Shown here: positions 21,847-31,258 of the stretch, piece by piece | Numbering within the stretch: the first letter of the stretch is position 1 | Layout of the letters: each line of letters starts with the position of its first letter | Origin: Christensenella sp. | GTDB lineage: Bacteria > Bacillota > Clostridia > Christensenellales > CAG-917 | Assembly: GCA_022009775.1 (NCBI GenBank) | Contig: CP091723.1 | Coordinates: 1,029,121 to 1,093,120, forward strand | Reading direction: 5' to 3' | DNA: 64,000 nt | Notes under the pieces: model-generated | Told to the model about the DNA's origin: nothing | The model's input: the letters and a program-made list of their open reading frames with translations, nothing else | Databases searched by the model: none | Translations under genes and position numbers: made by a program

Positions 21847-23232
21847 ATGTTTTTTGACAATAAAGTTTTTCTTGAAAACGACAAAGCAGTGGAACTTTAC
21901 GAATACGCAAAGTCCCTGCCTATTTTTGATTATCACTGCCACCTTGCTCCCCAAGATATCCTTGGCGACAAGGTTTTTTCAAATTTGACGGAATTGTGGC
22001 TCAACGGCGACCACTACAAGTGGCGCATTATGAGAGCATACGGCGTTGACGAGAAGTTCATCACCGGTGACGGCGACGACAAAGAGAAGTTTTTCCGCTT
22101 TGCTGAGGCTTTGCCTCACTTCATCGGCAACCCTGTCTATCACTGGGCACACCTTGAACTGAAAAAGTATTTTGACCTCACTCTCCCTATTTGCCCTAAA
22201 AACGCAGAGGAGATTTGGACTCGCACCCTTGAAAAGATGGCTGACGGCAGTTTTTCTGCAAAGAAACTGATTGAACGTTCAAACGTTTGTGCAGTTGTCA
22301 CCACAGACGACCCCGTTGACGACCTTTCCGCCCATAGAGCAATTGCAGGTGAAGACAACCCCTTCAAGGTGCTTCCTTGTTTTAGAGCAGACCGTCTCAT
22401 CAACATCGACAAGCCTGACTATGCAGACTACGTCAAGAAACTGGGTGAAGTGGCAGGGGTTGAAATCAAAGGATTCAATGAACTTCTTGAAGCAGTTGAA
22501 AGACGCCTTGATTTCTTTGTGGCAAACGGCGCAACCGCAGTGGACATCGGCATGGAAGATTTCCCCTTTGGATACGGAGACGTCAGTAAATGCGACGACA
22601 TCATTAAAGATAGACTTGATGAAAAATTCATTGATGATGAAGACAAGGCGGAATTCCAGTTTACCCTTATGGCACACATTGCAAAGATGCTTCGTGACAG
22701 AGGCATGGTGATGCAACTGCACGTAGGTGTCATCCGCAACTGCAACACAGTCCTTTTTGACAGATGTGGCGTTGACGTGGGCGGTGACAGTGTGGCAAAC
22801 GTCCTCAACGTCAACAATGCAAGGGATTTCCTTGACTACGTTGAGCAAAACGGAGGCCTTCCTAAGACAATAATCTACACTCTGAATCCCACCGCCTATT
22901 ATCCTCTTGCCACCCTCATCGGGGACTTCCAAGGAGGAGAAAGAGGCAAGATTCAACTGGGTGCAGCTTGGTGGTTTATGGACCATCGTGACGGCATAAA
23001 AGAGCAGATGAGAGTGCTGGCTTCAACAGGCGGACTTGGTCTTTTCAACGGTATGCTCACAGACAGCAGAAGCTTCACCTCATACGCTCGACACGACTAT
23101 TTCCGCAGAATATTCTGCTCACTTGTTGGTGAGTGGGTTGAAAGCGGTGAATATCCCGACGACAAGGAAACCCTTGAAAATCTTGTGAAAAACGTTTGCA
23201 TTGACAATGCAAAAAAATATTTTGGAGTTTGA
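21847..23232 (+). CDS. uxaC: Glucuronate isomerase
   Basis: 461 aa. N-terminus FLENDKAVELYEYAKSLPIFDYHCHL is typical of UxaC. Also contains WWFMDHRDG. Confidence 0.92.
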   Translation: MFFDNKVFLENDKAVELYEYAKSLPIFDYHCHLAPQDILGDKVFSNLTELWLNGDHYKWRIMRAYGVDEKFITGDGDDKEKFFRFAEALPHFIGNPVYHWAHLELKKYFDLTLPICPKNAEEIWTRTLEKMADGSFSAKKLIERSNVCAVVTTDDPVDDLSAHRAIAGEDNPFKVLPCFRADRLINIDKPDYADYVKKLGEVAGVEIKGFNELLEAVERRLDFFVANGATAVDIGMEDFPFGYGDVSKCDDIIKDRLDEKFIDDEDKAEFQFTLMAHIAKMLRDRGMVMQLHVGVIRNCNTVLFDRCGVDVGGDSVANVLNVNNARDFLDYVEQNGGLPKTIIYTLNPTAYYPLATLIGDFQGGERGKIQLGAAWWFMDHRDGIKEQMRVLASTGGLGLFNGMLTDSRSFTSYARHDYFRRIFCSLVGEWVESGEYPDDKETLENLVKNVCIDNAKKYFGV

Positions 23233-23233
23233 T

Positions 23234-24285
23234 ATGAAACTGACTTTTAGATGGTATGGTCTTGGTGACAGAATCCCCCTTGACTACATAAGACAAATCC
23301 CCAATATGTACAGTGTTGTGACAGCAGTCTACGACGTGCCCGTAGGCGAAGTGTGGCCCAGAGAAAGCATTGCAACTCTTGTGAGAGAAGCAGAGGCTCA
23401 CGGACTTAAAGCAGAAGTCATCGAGTCCGTTCCCGTCCACGAAGACATCAAACTTGGCCTCCCCACAAGAGACAAGTATATCGCCAACTACTGCGAGAAT
23501 ATTCGTCGTCTTGGTGAAGTGGGTGTCAAGTGCATTTGCTACAACTTCATGCCCGTCTTTGACTGGACAAGAACACAACTGGACAAGTTGGCAGAAGACG
23601 GCTCAACAAGCCTTGTATACTACGGCGAACAACTCGACGGCAAGGACCCTTTGGTTGATGATATGAACTTGCCCGGTTGGGACGCAAGTTATCAAAAAGA
23701 GGACTTAAAACGTCTGTTTGAGCAATATAAAGCCGTGGATAGTGAAAAGTTGTGGGAAAACCTTGGCTACTTCCTTGAACGCATAATCCCCGTTGCAGAG
23801 GAGTGTGGCATCAACATGGCAATCCACCCCGATGATCCACCGTGGGATATCTTTGGCCTGCCTCGTATCATCACCAACGAGAAGAATATCGACAGATTCC
23901 TCTCCCTTGTTGACAGCCCCAATAACGGTCTCACTTTCTGCACGGGCTCACTGGGTGCAGATAAAAACAACGACCTTGTTGCAATGGTCGACAAGTACGC
24001 AAAGATGGGCAGAATCCACTTTATGCACGTGAGAAATATCCGTGTCTTCGACAATGGATTTGAGGAGTGTGCTCACGACCAATCCGCAGGCACGCTTGAC
24101 ATCCTCGGCATTATGAAAGCCCTCTATGACAACAACTTTGACGGCTATCTCCGCCCCGACCACGGCAGAATGATTTGGGGGAAGAAGGCAAGCCCGGATA
24201 CGGTCTTTACGATAGAGCACTGGGCGCAAGTTATATCAACGGCGTATGGGAAACCCTCAACAGATTCAACAAGCAGTCAAAATAA
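23234..24285 (+). CDS. uxuA: Mannonate dehydratase (frame broken at the G5 run 24177-24181)
   Basis: Starts MKLTFRWYG... After [10 protein letters not shown] the authentic C-terminus ([34 protein letters not shown]) continues in the +1 frame. The ORF-track ORF instead reads through into the next gene. Confidence 0.85.
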
Positions 24286-24319
24286 ATCGAAACAAAACCC
24301 TAAAAGGAAAAGGATAATT

Positions 24320-25163
24320 ATGAAAACACCTATCAGCATCAATTTGAACAATAAAGTTGTGGTCATCACAGGAGCAGGCGGAGTCATCTGCGGATGCCTT
24401 GCAAAGGCCCCTTGCATCAAACGGCGCAAAGGTTGCACTCCTTGACCTCAATCTTGAAGCAGCAGAGGCTGTGGCAAATGAAATAGTCGCAGAAGGCGGT
24501 GTGGCAAAGGCATACAAGACAAACGTCCTTGACAAGGAAAATCTTGAAGCCGTCCGTGAAGAAATTGAAAAGGATTTGGGTGTCACCGACATCCTCATCA
24601 ACGGCGCAGGCGGAAATAACCCTCGTGCCACCACGGACAATGAATACTGCACCTTTGAAAAACAAGTGGACAAGGACTTTTTTGACCTTGACGCAGGCGG
24701 GGTAAGATTTGTCTTTGAACTGAACTTCATCGGCAGTTTCCTCCCCACCCAAGTTTTCTGCAAAGGTATGGTTGGAAGAAAGGGCTGTTCCGTCCTGAAC
24801 ATTTCATCAATGAACGCCTTTACACCTCTCACCAAAATCCCTGCATACAGCGCGGCAAAGGCAGGCATCAGCAACTTTACAGAGTGGCTTGCAGTGCACT
24901 TTGCAAAGGTGGGCATCCGTGTCAACGCAATTGCACCGGGATTTTTTGTGACCAATCAAAACAGAGCATTGCTCTTTGACGCAGAGGGCAACGCAACTCC
25001 CAGAACAAAGAAAATTCTGAACGCAACCCCTATGGAAAGATTTGGCGAAGTTGAGGAACTTGTGGGCGCAACCCTCTTCCTTTTGAGTGAAGAAGCAGCA
25101 GGTTTCATCACTGGTGTAGTCCTTCCCATTGACGGCGGTTTCAGCGCATATTCAGGTGTGTAG
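24320..25163 (+). CDS. SDR-family oxidoreductase, UxuB-like (mannonate/fructuronate reductase type); frame broken at the C4 run 24408-24411
   Basis: N-terminus MKTPISINLNNKVVVITGAGGVICGCLAKA (Rossmann TGxxGxxG) joins LASNGAKVALLDLN... of ORF 24357-25163 after a 1 nt correction. YSAAK catalytic motif is present. Confidence 0.8.
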
Positions 25164-25171
25164 AGGTGACT

Positions 25172-25785
25172 ATGGACTTTTCATTTTTCAACACAAACAA
25201 AAGTAGTGCCCGTTGTGGTGCTTAACAGCATTGACGAAACAATCCCCAAACTCAGCGCATTGAAGCGTGGGGGGCATCAACGTGGCGGAAATCACTTTCC
25301 GTACATCTTGTGCACCCGATTGCCTTGCACTGGCAGTCAAGACTTTCCCCGATATGCTTGTGGGCGTTGGCACAATCATCAATAGAGAACAATGCGTGAA
25401 GGCCCTTGACATTGGGGCAAAGTTTGTTGTGTCCCCCGGCTTTTCAAAGGAAGTGGCAGAAGAGTGTATCTCCCGTGACGTACCCTATATCCCCGGCGTC
25501 ATCACCCCCACAGAGGTTATGATGGCAAAGGCAGTTGGTCTCAACGTCCTCAAGTTTTTCCCTGCCAGTGACTTTGGCGGAATCAAAACAATGAAAGCAT
25601 TGTCAGCAGCATTTCCTGACGTCCGCTTTGTGCCTACAGGCGGTGTTGGTGAAAGCAATCTCCACGAATTCATTGGACAAAAATTTGTCATTGGCGCAGG
25701 TGGAAGCTGGATGATGAAAGGAACTGAAAGCGACATCGAAACCGCATCAAGACGTGCGGTGGAAATCGCAAAGGAGTATATATGA
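25172..25785 (+). CDS. eda: KDPG / KHG aldolase (frame broken at A4 25199-25202 and G6 25269-25274)
   Basis: MDFSFFNTNK / VVPVVVLNSIDETIPKLSALKRG / GINVAEITFRTSCAPDCL... rejoin after two 1 nt corrections. Eda motifs GVGTI and KFFPA are present. Confidence 0.8.
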
Positions 25786-26801
25786 GAGTAATTACGTTTG
25801 GCGAAATTATGTTGCGTTTTGCCCCTGAGGGCTACAACCGTCTTTTCCAAACCCCTGTCCTCAACGGCACTTTTGGCGGCGGTGAAGCAAACGTTGCAGT
25901 GTCCATTGCAAACTTTGGCGGAGATGCCGCATTTGTGACAAAACTCCCTGAAAACGCAATCGCAGAAGCCTGCATCAGAGAGCTTCGTGGCTTTGGCGTT
26001 GACACAAAATTCATCGCACGTGGCGGTGCAAGAATGGGTGTCTATTATATGGAGAAGGGTGCATCTTGCCGTCCTTCAAACGTCATCTATGACAGAGCGC
26101 ACTCATCAATTTCAACAGCAACCGACAGCGACTTTGACTGGGACAAAATCTTCACCGGAGCAGACTGGTTCCACTTCACAGGCATCACTCCCGCCCTCAG
26201 TGATGAACTTGCCAAAGTGACCTTAAACGCACTTAAAGTTGCAAAAGCAAAGGGATTAAGCGTCAGTTGTGACCTTAACTACCGCAAAAAACTTTGGTCA
26301 AGAGAAAAGGCGAAAGAGGTTATGACAAGCCTTATGCCTTACGTTGACCTGTGCATTTGCAATGAGGAAGACGCAAAGGACGTCTTCGGTATTGAAGCGG
26401 ACGGCACCGACATTGAAAAGGGTGCATTGAGCCGTGAGGGATACGTGGGTGTAGCCAAAAAACTCACTGACAAATTCGGATTTAAGAAAGTGGCAATCAC
26501 TCTCCGCGAAAGTTTTTCAGCCAACGACAACGATTGGTCTGCAATGCTTTACGCTGACGGCGTAGCGCACTTCTCAAACAAATATTCACTGCACATCGTA
26601 GATAGAGTCGGTGGTGGTGACAGCTTTGGTGCAGGGCTCATCTACGGCCTCACCAACGGCTACACCAACCAAGACGCGCTCGAATTTGCAGTGGCAGCAA
26701 GCGCACTGAAACACACCATTGAAGGCGACTTCAATCGTGTCGGTGTCAAGGAAGTACAGTCACTCATCAAAAACGGCGGAAGCGGTAGAGTGCAAAGATA
26801 G
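25782..26801 (+). CDS. kdgK: 2-dehydro-3-deoxygluconokinase (PfkB family)
   Basis: 339 aa starting MRVITFGEIMLRFAPEGYNRL, with C-terminal DRVGGGDSFGAGLIYG. Its ATGA start overlaps the eda stop. Confidence 0.9.
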   Translation: MRVITFGEIMLRFAPEGYNRLFQTPVLNGTFGGGEANVAVSIANFGGDAAFVTKLPENAIAEACIRELRGFGVDTKFIARGGARMGVYYMEKGASCRPSNVIYDRAHSSISTATDSDFDWDKIFTGADWFHFTGITPALSDELAKVTLNALKVAKAKGLSVSCDLNYRKKLWSREKAKEVMTSLMPYVDLCICNEEDAKDVFGIEADGTDIEKGALSREGYVGVAKKLTDKFGFKKVAITLRESFSANDNDWSAMLYADGVAHFSNKYSLHIVDRVGGGDSFGAGLIYGLTNGYTNQDALEFAVAASALKHTIEGDFNRVGVKEVQSLIKNGGSGRVQR

Positions 26802-26823
26802 ATTATAATAAAGGAGAGAATAT

Positions 26824-29088
26824 ATGAGCAGAGTACTTATCAACACAGGATGGCGTTTCTTCAAAAACTGCAACAGCATTGAAGAAATGGACGCAATTAA
26901 AAGCATCAAAGTCAATTTGCCCCACACTTGGAACAACCTTGACGGTCAAGACGGCGGAAACGATTATTTCCGTGGCAAGTGTTTCTACAGAAAGAAAATC
27001 GCTCTCACCAAAAAGGAAAACAAGGTGTATTATCTTGAATTCCGTGGTGTCAACGCAATGAGTGAAGTGTTTGTCAACGGCGTGTCCGTTGCATATCACG
27101 AAGGCGGTTTTTCAACCTTCCGTGCCAACATTACCGACCAACTTGTTGACGGCGAAAACACAATCATCGTGTCCGCAGACAACTCCGCAAACGACAGAGT
27201 CTATCCTCAAATGGCAGACTTCACTTTCTTTGGCGGTATCTACAGAAACGTGTATATCATCGAAGCACCCGCAGTGAGATTTGACCTTGACTATCTGGGC
27301 GGAGAAGGCGTTAAAGTGACACCCATCGTCAACGAAGACGGCAGTGCAACAGTCACGGTGGACAGCTATATCACCGGTGCAACCGACGGCGGGACAGTAA
27401 AGTGCGACATCCTCTTTGATGGCGAAGTGGTGGCAACGGCAGAAGCACCTGCAACTGCAAAAACAACCCTCACCTACACCCTTGAAAATCCCATTCTTTG
27501 GGACGGCGTTGAAAACCCTGCACTCTACACAGCAAAAGTCACTCTCACCACAGACAACGACAGCGATGAAAGAGTTGTCCGCTTTGGTGTCCGCACAATG
27601 AAGGCAGACAAAGACGGCTTCTGGCTCAACGGCAGAAAATATCCCCTCCACGGCGTATCCCGTCACCAAGACAGACAAGATATGGGTTGGGCAATCACCG
27701 AAAAGGAACACAAGGAAGACATCGACCTCATCAAAGAACTGGGCGCAAACACAATCCGTCTTGCACACTATCAACACGACCAATACTTCTATGACCTCTG
27801 CGACGAATACGGTATGGTGGTCTGGGCAGAAATCCCCTACATTTCATCACATCTTGCCAACGGCGATGAAAACGCAGTGAGCCAAATGAAGGAACTCATC
27901 ACACAAAACTACAACCACGCATCAATCTTCTGTTGGGGACTGAGCAATGAAATCACCATCACCGGTGAAAGTGAAGAGATGATGGCACTCCACCACAGAC
28001 TCAACGACCTTTGCCACGATATGGACAAAACTCGTCCCACAACCATGGCAAACGTGACAATGCTTGACATAACATCTCCCATCATCGACCTCCCCGACAT
28101 CATGTCATACAACCACTATTTCGGCTGGTATATGGGCGACGTCAACGGCAACGCAGAATGGCTTGACGACTTTAGAGCAGCACGCCCCGACAGAACAATC
28201 GGCATCAGCGAATACGGCTGTGAAGCAATCCTCACTTGGCACAACTCAGACCCCAAGCAAGGTGACTACAGTGAAGAATATCAAGCATATTATCACGAAA
28301 ACCTCCTCCGCATTTTTGCAGAACGTCCTTACCTCTGGGCAACCCACGTTTGGAATATGTTTGACTTCGGCGTTGACGGCAGAAACGAAGGCGGTGTTGC
28401 AGGACGCAACAACAAGGGCCTCGTCACTTACGATAGAAAGATAAAGAAGGACAGCTTCTACATCTACAAAGCATACTGGACCACCGATCCTTTCGTCCAC
28501 ATCACCTCAAAGAGATATTACTACCGTGCAGAAAAGACCACCACAGTCAAGGTGTACAGCAACTGCGACAAGGTGACTCTCTACGTCAATGGCAAGGAAT
28601 TTGCAACTCAAGAAGGCAAGTATATCTTCACCTTTGAAGTGCCTCTCAAGATTCTCGGTGCAACCAAGATCAAGGCAGTCAGCGGTGACGTCAGTGATGA
28701 AGCATCAATCAAGTACGTGAGAAAGCCTTATCAAGGATATATCTTGAAGACAGAAGCAAAGGTGGACAACTGGTTTGACAAAAACAATGAATTTGACTTC
28801 AAGTTCCCCGAAGGATATTTCTCAATCAAGGACAAACTTGGTAACATTATGGCAACCGAAGAAGGCGAAGCCCTCATCAATAGTCTTATAGACAGAGTGG
28901 TCAAAATCATGATGTCAGGCCCTGACAGCCAGTCAAAAGGCGAAGTGAAAATCAGCAAGGGTATGATGAAGCTTGCAAGCAGTATGACCATTGAACGTAT
29001 CGCAGGCTTGGCAGGAGACAAAGTGACAGCCGACATGCTCTTTGAAGTCAACGAAATGCTGAACAAAATCAAGAAGCCCCAAAAATAA
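26824..29088 (+). CDS. GH2 glycoside hydrolase, beta-glucuronidase-like
   Basis: 754 aa. GH2 acid/base region NHASIFCWGLSNE and nucleophile region IGISEYGCEA. An N-x-K motif (GRNNKGLVTYDRK) sits where GUS enzymes bind the uronate carboxylate. The gene is embedded in a hexuronate catabolic cluster. Confidence 0.7.
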   Translation: MSRVLINTGWRFFKNCNSIEEMDAIKSIKVNLPHTWNNLDGQDGGNDYFRGKCFYRKKIALTKKENKVYYLEFRGVNAMSEVFVNGVSVAYHEGGFSTFRANITDQLVDGENTIIVSADNSANDRVYPQMADFTFFGGIYRNVYIIEAPAVRFDLDYLGGEGVKVTPIVNEDGSATVTVDSYITGATDGGTVKCDILFDGEVVATAEAPATAKTTLTYTLENPILWDGVENPALYTAKVTLTTDNDSDERVVRFGVRTMKADKDGFWLNGRKYPLHGVSRHQDRQDMGWAITEKEHKEDIDLIKELGANTIRLAHYQHDQYFYDLCDEYGMVVWAEIPYISSHLANGDENAVSQMKELITQNYNHASIFCWGLSNEITITGESEEMMALHHRLNDLCHDMDKTRPTTMANVTMLDITSPIIDLPDIMSYNHYFGWYMGDVNGNAEWLDDFRAARPDRTIGISEYGCEAILTWHNSDPKQGDYSEEYQAYYHENLLRIFAERPYLWATHVWNMFDFGVDGRNEGGVAGRNNKGLVTYDRKIKKDSFYIYKAYWTTDPFVHITSKRYYYRAEKTTTVKVYSNCDKVTLYVNGKEFATQEGKYIFTFEVPLKILGATKIKAVSGDVSDEASIKYVRKPYQGYILKTEAKVDNWFDKNNEFDFKFPEGYFSIKDKLGNIMATEEGEALINSLIDRVVKIMMSGPDSQSKGEVKISKGMMKLASSMTIERIAGLAGDKVTADMLFEVNEMLNKIKKPQK

Positions 29089-29106
29089 GCAAGGAAGGGA
29101 GATATT

Positions 29107-30700
29107 ATGAAAGAGAAGAAAATCAATACCCCCATTGATAGACCTTTTGGCAATAGAGATAAGATTGGATACATGATGGGCGACTTCGGTTGCAACATGA
29201 GTTTCCAACTTATCAGCAGTTTTTTGATGTTGTTTGTCACCCAAGGTCTTGGACTTACAATGGGACATTGGTCAATCATCGTCATCATTTCAAAGATTTT
29301 TGACGCAATCAACGATCCCATCATCGGCGCGTTGGTTGACGCAAGAAAGCCTGGTAGACGTGGCAAATATATTCCTTGGATTTTCTGTGGCGCCTTTGCA
29401 ATCGCACTTACGACGGTGCTTTTGTTCCTTGACGTCAGAGCACTCTCCTACTGGGGCAGATTTGCATACGTGCTTGTTATGTACTGTGTGTGGTCTGTTG
29501 CATACACCGCTGCAAACGTGCCTTACGGCTCGCTCAACGCAGCCCTCACCGACGATTCCGGTCACAGAGCATCACTTTCATCACTTCGCAGTATTGGCGC
29601 AGGCGTCGCAATGCTTCCTATGATGATCATCGTGCCTAGACTCATTTACGGCGAGGCAGATCCAGTCACAAATATCGAGCCTCTCCTTCCTGAGGTTTTC
29701 GTGTGGGTAGCACTGGCTTGTGGGGTTGCTGCAATCGGCGGATTTATGCTCACTTGCTTCCTTACGAAAGAAAGAAAACAAGTTGAAAAACCCAAAGAAA
29801 AATTCAACTATCTTCAAACGCTCAAAGGCTTTGTCACAAACCGTGCTGCACTCGGTATGTGTCTTGCATCATTCAGCCAACTTGTGTTTGTCATGTCCTA
29901 CGCAACCACTTTGCCTCTCGTGTGTCAACTCTTCTTCGGTGACGCAAAGGCGTCAGGCACGGTCGGCATCGTCATGATGTTGCCTATGATGTTCGTCATC
30001 CCCTTTATGGGCAAACTTACAAGAAAGTTCGGAAAGAAAGAGATTGCAATGTGGCCCAACTTGGTGGCAATCGCCGTGCTTGTGATTATGCTGATCATTC
30101 CTTTCCCCAGAACAAGCGCAGGTATGTGGGCATACGCAGCTTGCCTCGGCGTTGCAATGTTGGCATCAGCTCCCTTGAACCTTGGCACTTGGTCAATGGT
30201 GGCAGACTGTGTTGACGAGCAAGAAGTGAGGACAGCAAAGAAAGACGGCAAAAACCTCTACGCAACCTACCTCACAAAAGAGCAATTCGGCAAGCGTGAC
30301 GAAGCAAGTGTGTACGCAACTTACTCCCTTGCGAGAAAGGCAGCACAAGGGATAGGCTCTGCGCTGGTGGCAGCCCTTGCAGGCTTGGTTGGATTTGACT
30401 CGACAAACGTCCAAGCAACCACTCCTCAAACTTCACAAAACCTGTTGACCCTGTCCATTGTACTTCCTTTGGTTGGTTCAATCCTCATCTTCGTGGCATT
30501 CTTCTGTGTGTACAACCTGAACAAGAAAAAGGTCATCGAGAACACGGAATTCCTCCGCGATAAGAACGCACGTATTGCAATCCAACTTGCAAAGGGAGCA
30601 CAACCAGACGACGGAACGGACGAAGCAGAAGTCATCACTTTTGGCAACGTGATAGAAGAAGTTTCAACTGAAACAGAACCTGCCCCCCGCCCAAGCATAA
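29107..30700 (+). CDS. GPH-family (glycoside-pentoside-hexuronide) cation symporter
   Basis: Multi-TM protein starting DKIGYMMGDFGCNMSFQLISSFLMLFVTQ. The ORF-track ORF (to 30813) reads through a terminator hairpin. A 1 nt correction in the C6 run 30683-30688 gives ...AQA* ending at TAA 30698-30700. Confidence 0.8.
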
Positions 30701-30716
30701 CCAAAAATCAATCAAC

Positions 30717-30748
30717 AAAAAACGGACTGATTTTAGTCCGTTTTTTTG
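30717..30748 (+). terminator. Intrinsic terminator after the GPH transporter
   Basis: Stem AACGGACT / AGTCCGTT with loop GATTTT, followed by T7. Confidence 0.8.
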
Positions 30749-30847
30749 TTGTGCCGATGAATATTAATTTTGATTGTTTTGACAAAACGAATGGTTTATT
30801 TTGTCGGTTTTGACATTTAAAATATTGATTAATCAAACAAGTATTTT

Positions 30848-31134
30848 TGTGGGGGAATAAGTGGATTGTGCGATTTTTCAAAAATCGCACCACGGTTTCA
30901 CCGTGCGAACCCCTTCGGGCTGATAACAAACGAAGAGAGACGCAAGCGCGTAGCATTTGCGGACATCGAGTGCAGTCTCATAGCCAACAAATCAGACACG
31001 AAGTGTCCGCGAAAGGCGCAGTGCAACGCACGATTTGTTGAGCGTAGACGCTCAGAGAAGTGAACAGGTTCACTCTCTTCGCTATTACGGAAGCGTCCAG
31101 GTCGCTTCCTACGAATCCCTTTGTTTCCATCACA
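30848..31134 (+). repeat. Direct repeat R2: second copy of the candidate structured RNA, ending in a degenerate tRNA-Ala 3'-end copy
   Basis: Core 30907-31111 matches R1 with 3 mismatches. The 3' segment CGAATCCCTTTGTTTCCATCA matches the tRNA-Ala core at 17/21 positions, and all four differences are transitions. The 5' part diverges from R1 but keeps a hairpin through a compensatory change. Confidence 0.9.
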
Positions 31135-31136
31135 AA

Positions 31137-31160
31137 AGTCGTGCTTGCACGGCTTTATAT
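31137..31160 (+). terminator. Intrinsic terminator directly after R2
   Basis: Stem GTCGTG / CACGGC (one G.U pair) with loop CTTG, followed by TTTAT. Confidence 0.6.
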
Positions 31161-31173
31161 AAAAGGCGGTATA

Positions 31174-31203
31174 TTGACAAGTGTATAAAATATACTGTAT
31201 AAT
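31174..31203 (+). promoter_or_regulatory. Putative promoter of the flotillin gene
   Basis: TTGACA (31174-31179), 18 nt spacer, TATAAT (31198-31203). Confidence 0.55.
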
Positions 31204-31258
31204 AATTTTGATGTGGGAGTTCGGGCGATGACCCGAACGAAACTAAAGGAGGAACAAA

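Noticed and set aside
20795-30700. Calling the hexuronate island a decaying pseudogene cluster
   Set aside because: All seven breaks are single-nucleotide homopolymer problems, identical in kind to those in essential ribosomal genes. There are no nonsense mutations or larger deletions. Pseudogenisation cannot be distinguished from sequencing error here.
30824-30835. Perfect 12 bp palindrome TTGATTAATCAA just upstream of R2 as a recombinase or regulator binding site
   Set aside because: It is a single occurrence in AT-rich sequence with no equivalent upstream of R1. That is insufficient evidence for a functional site.
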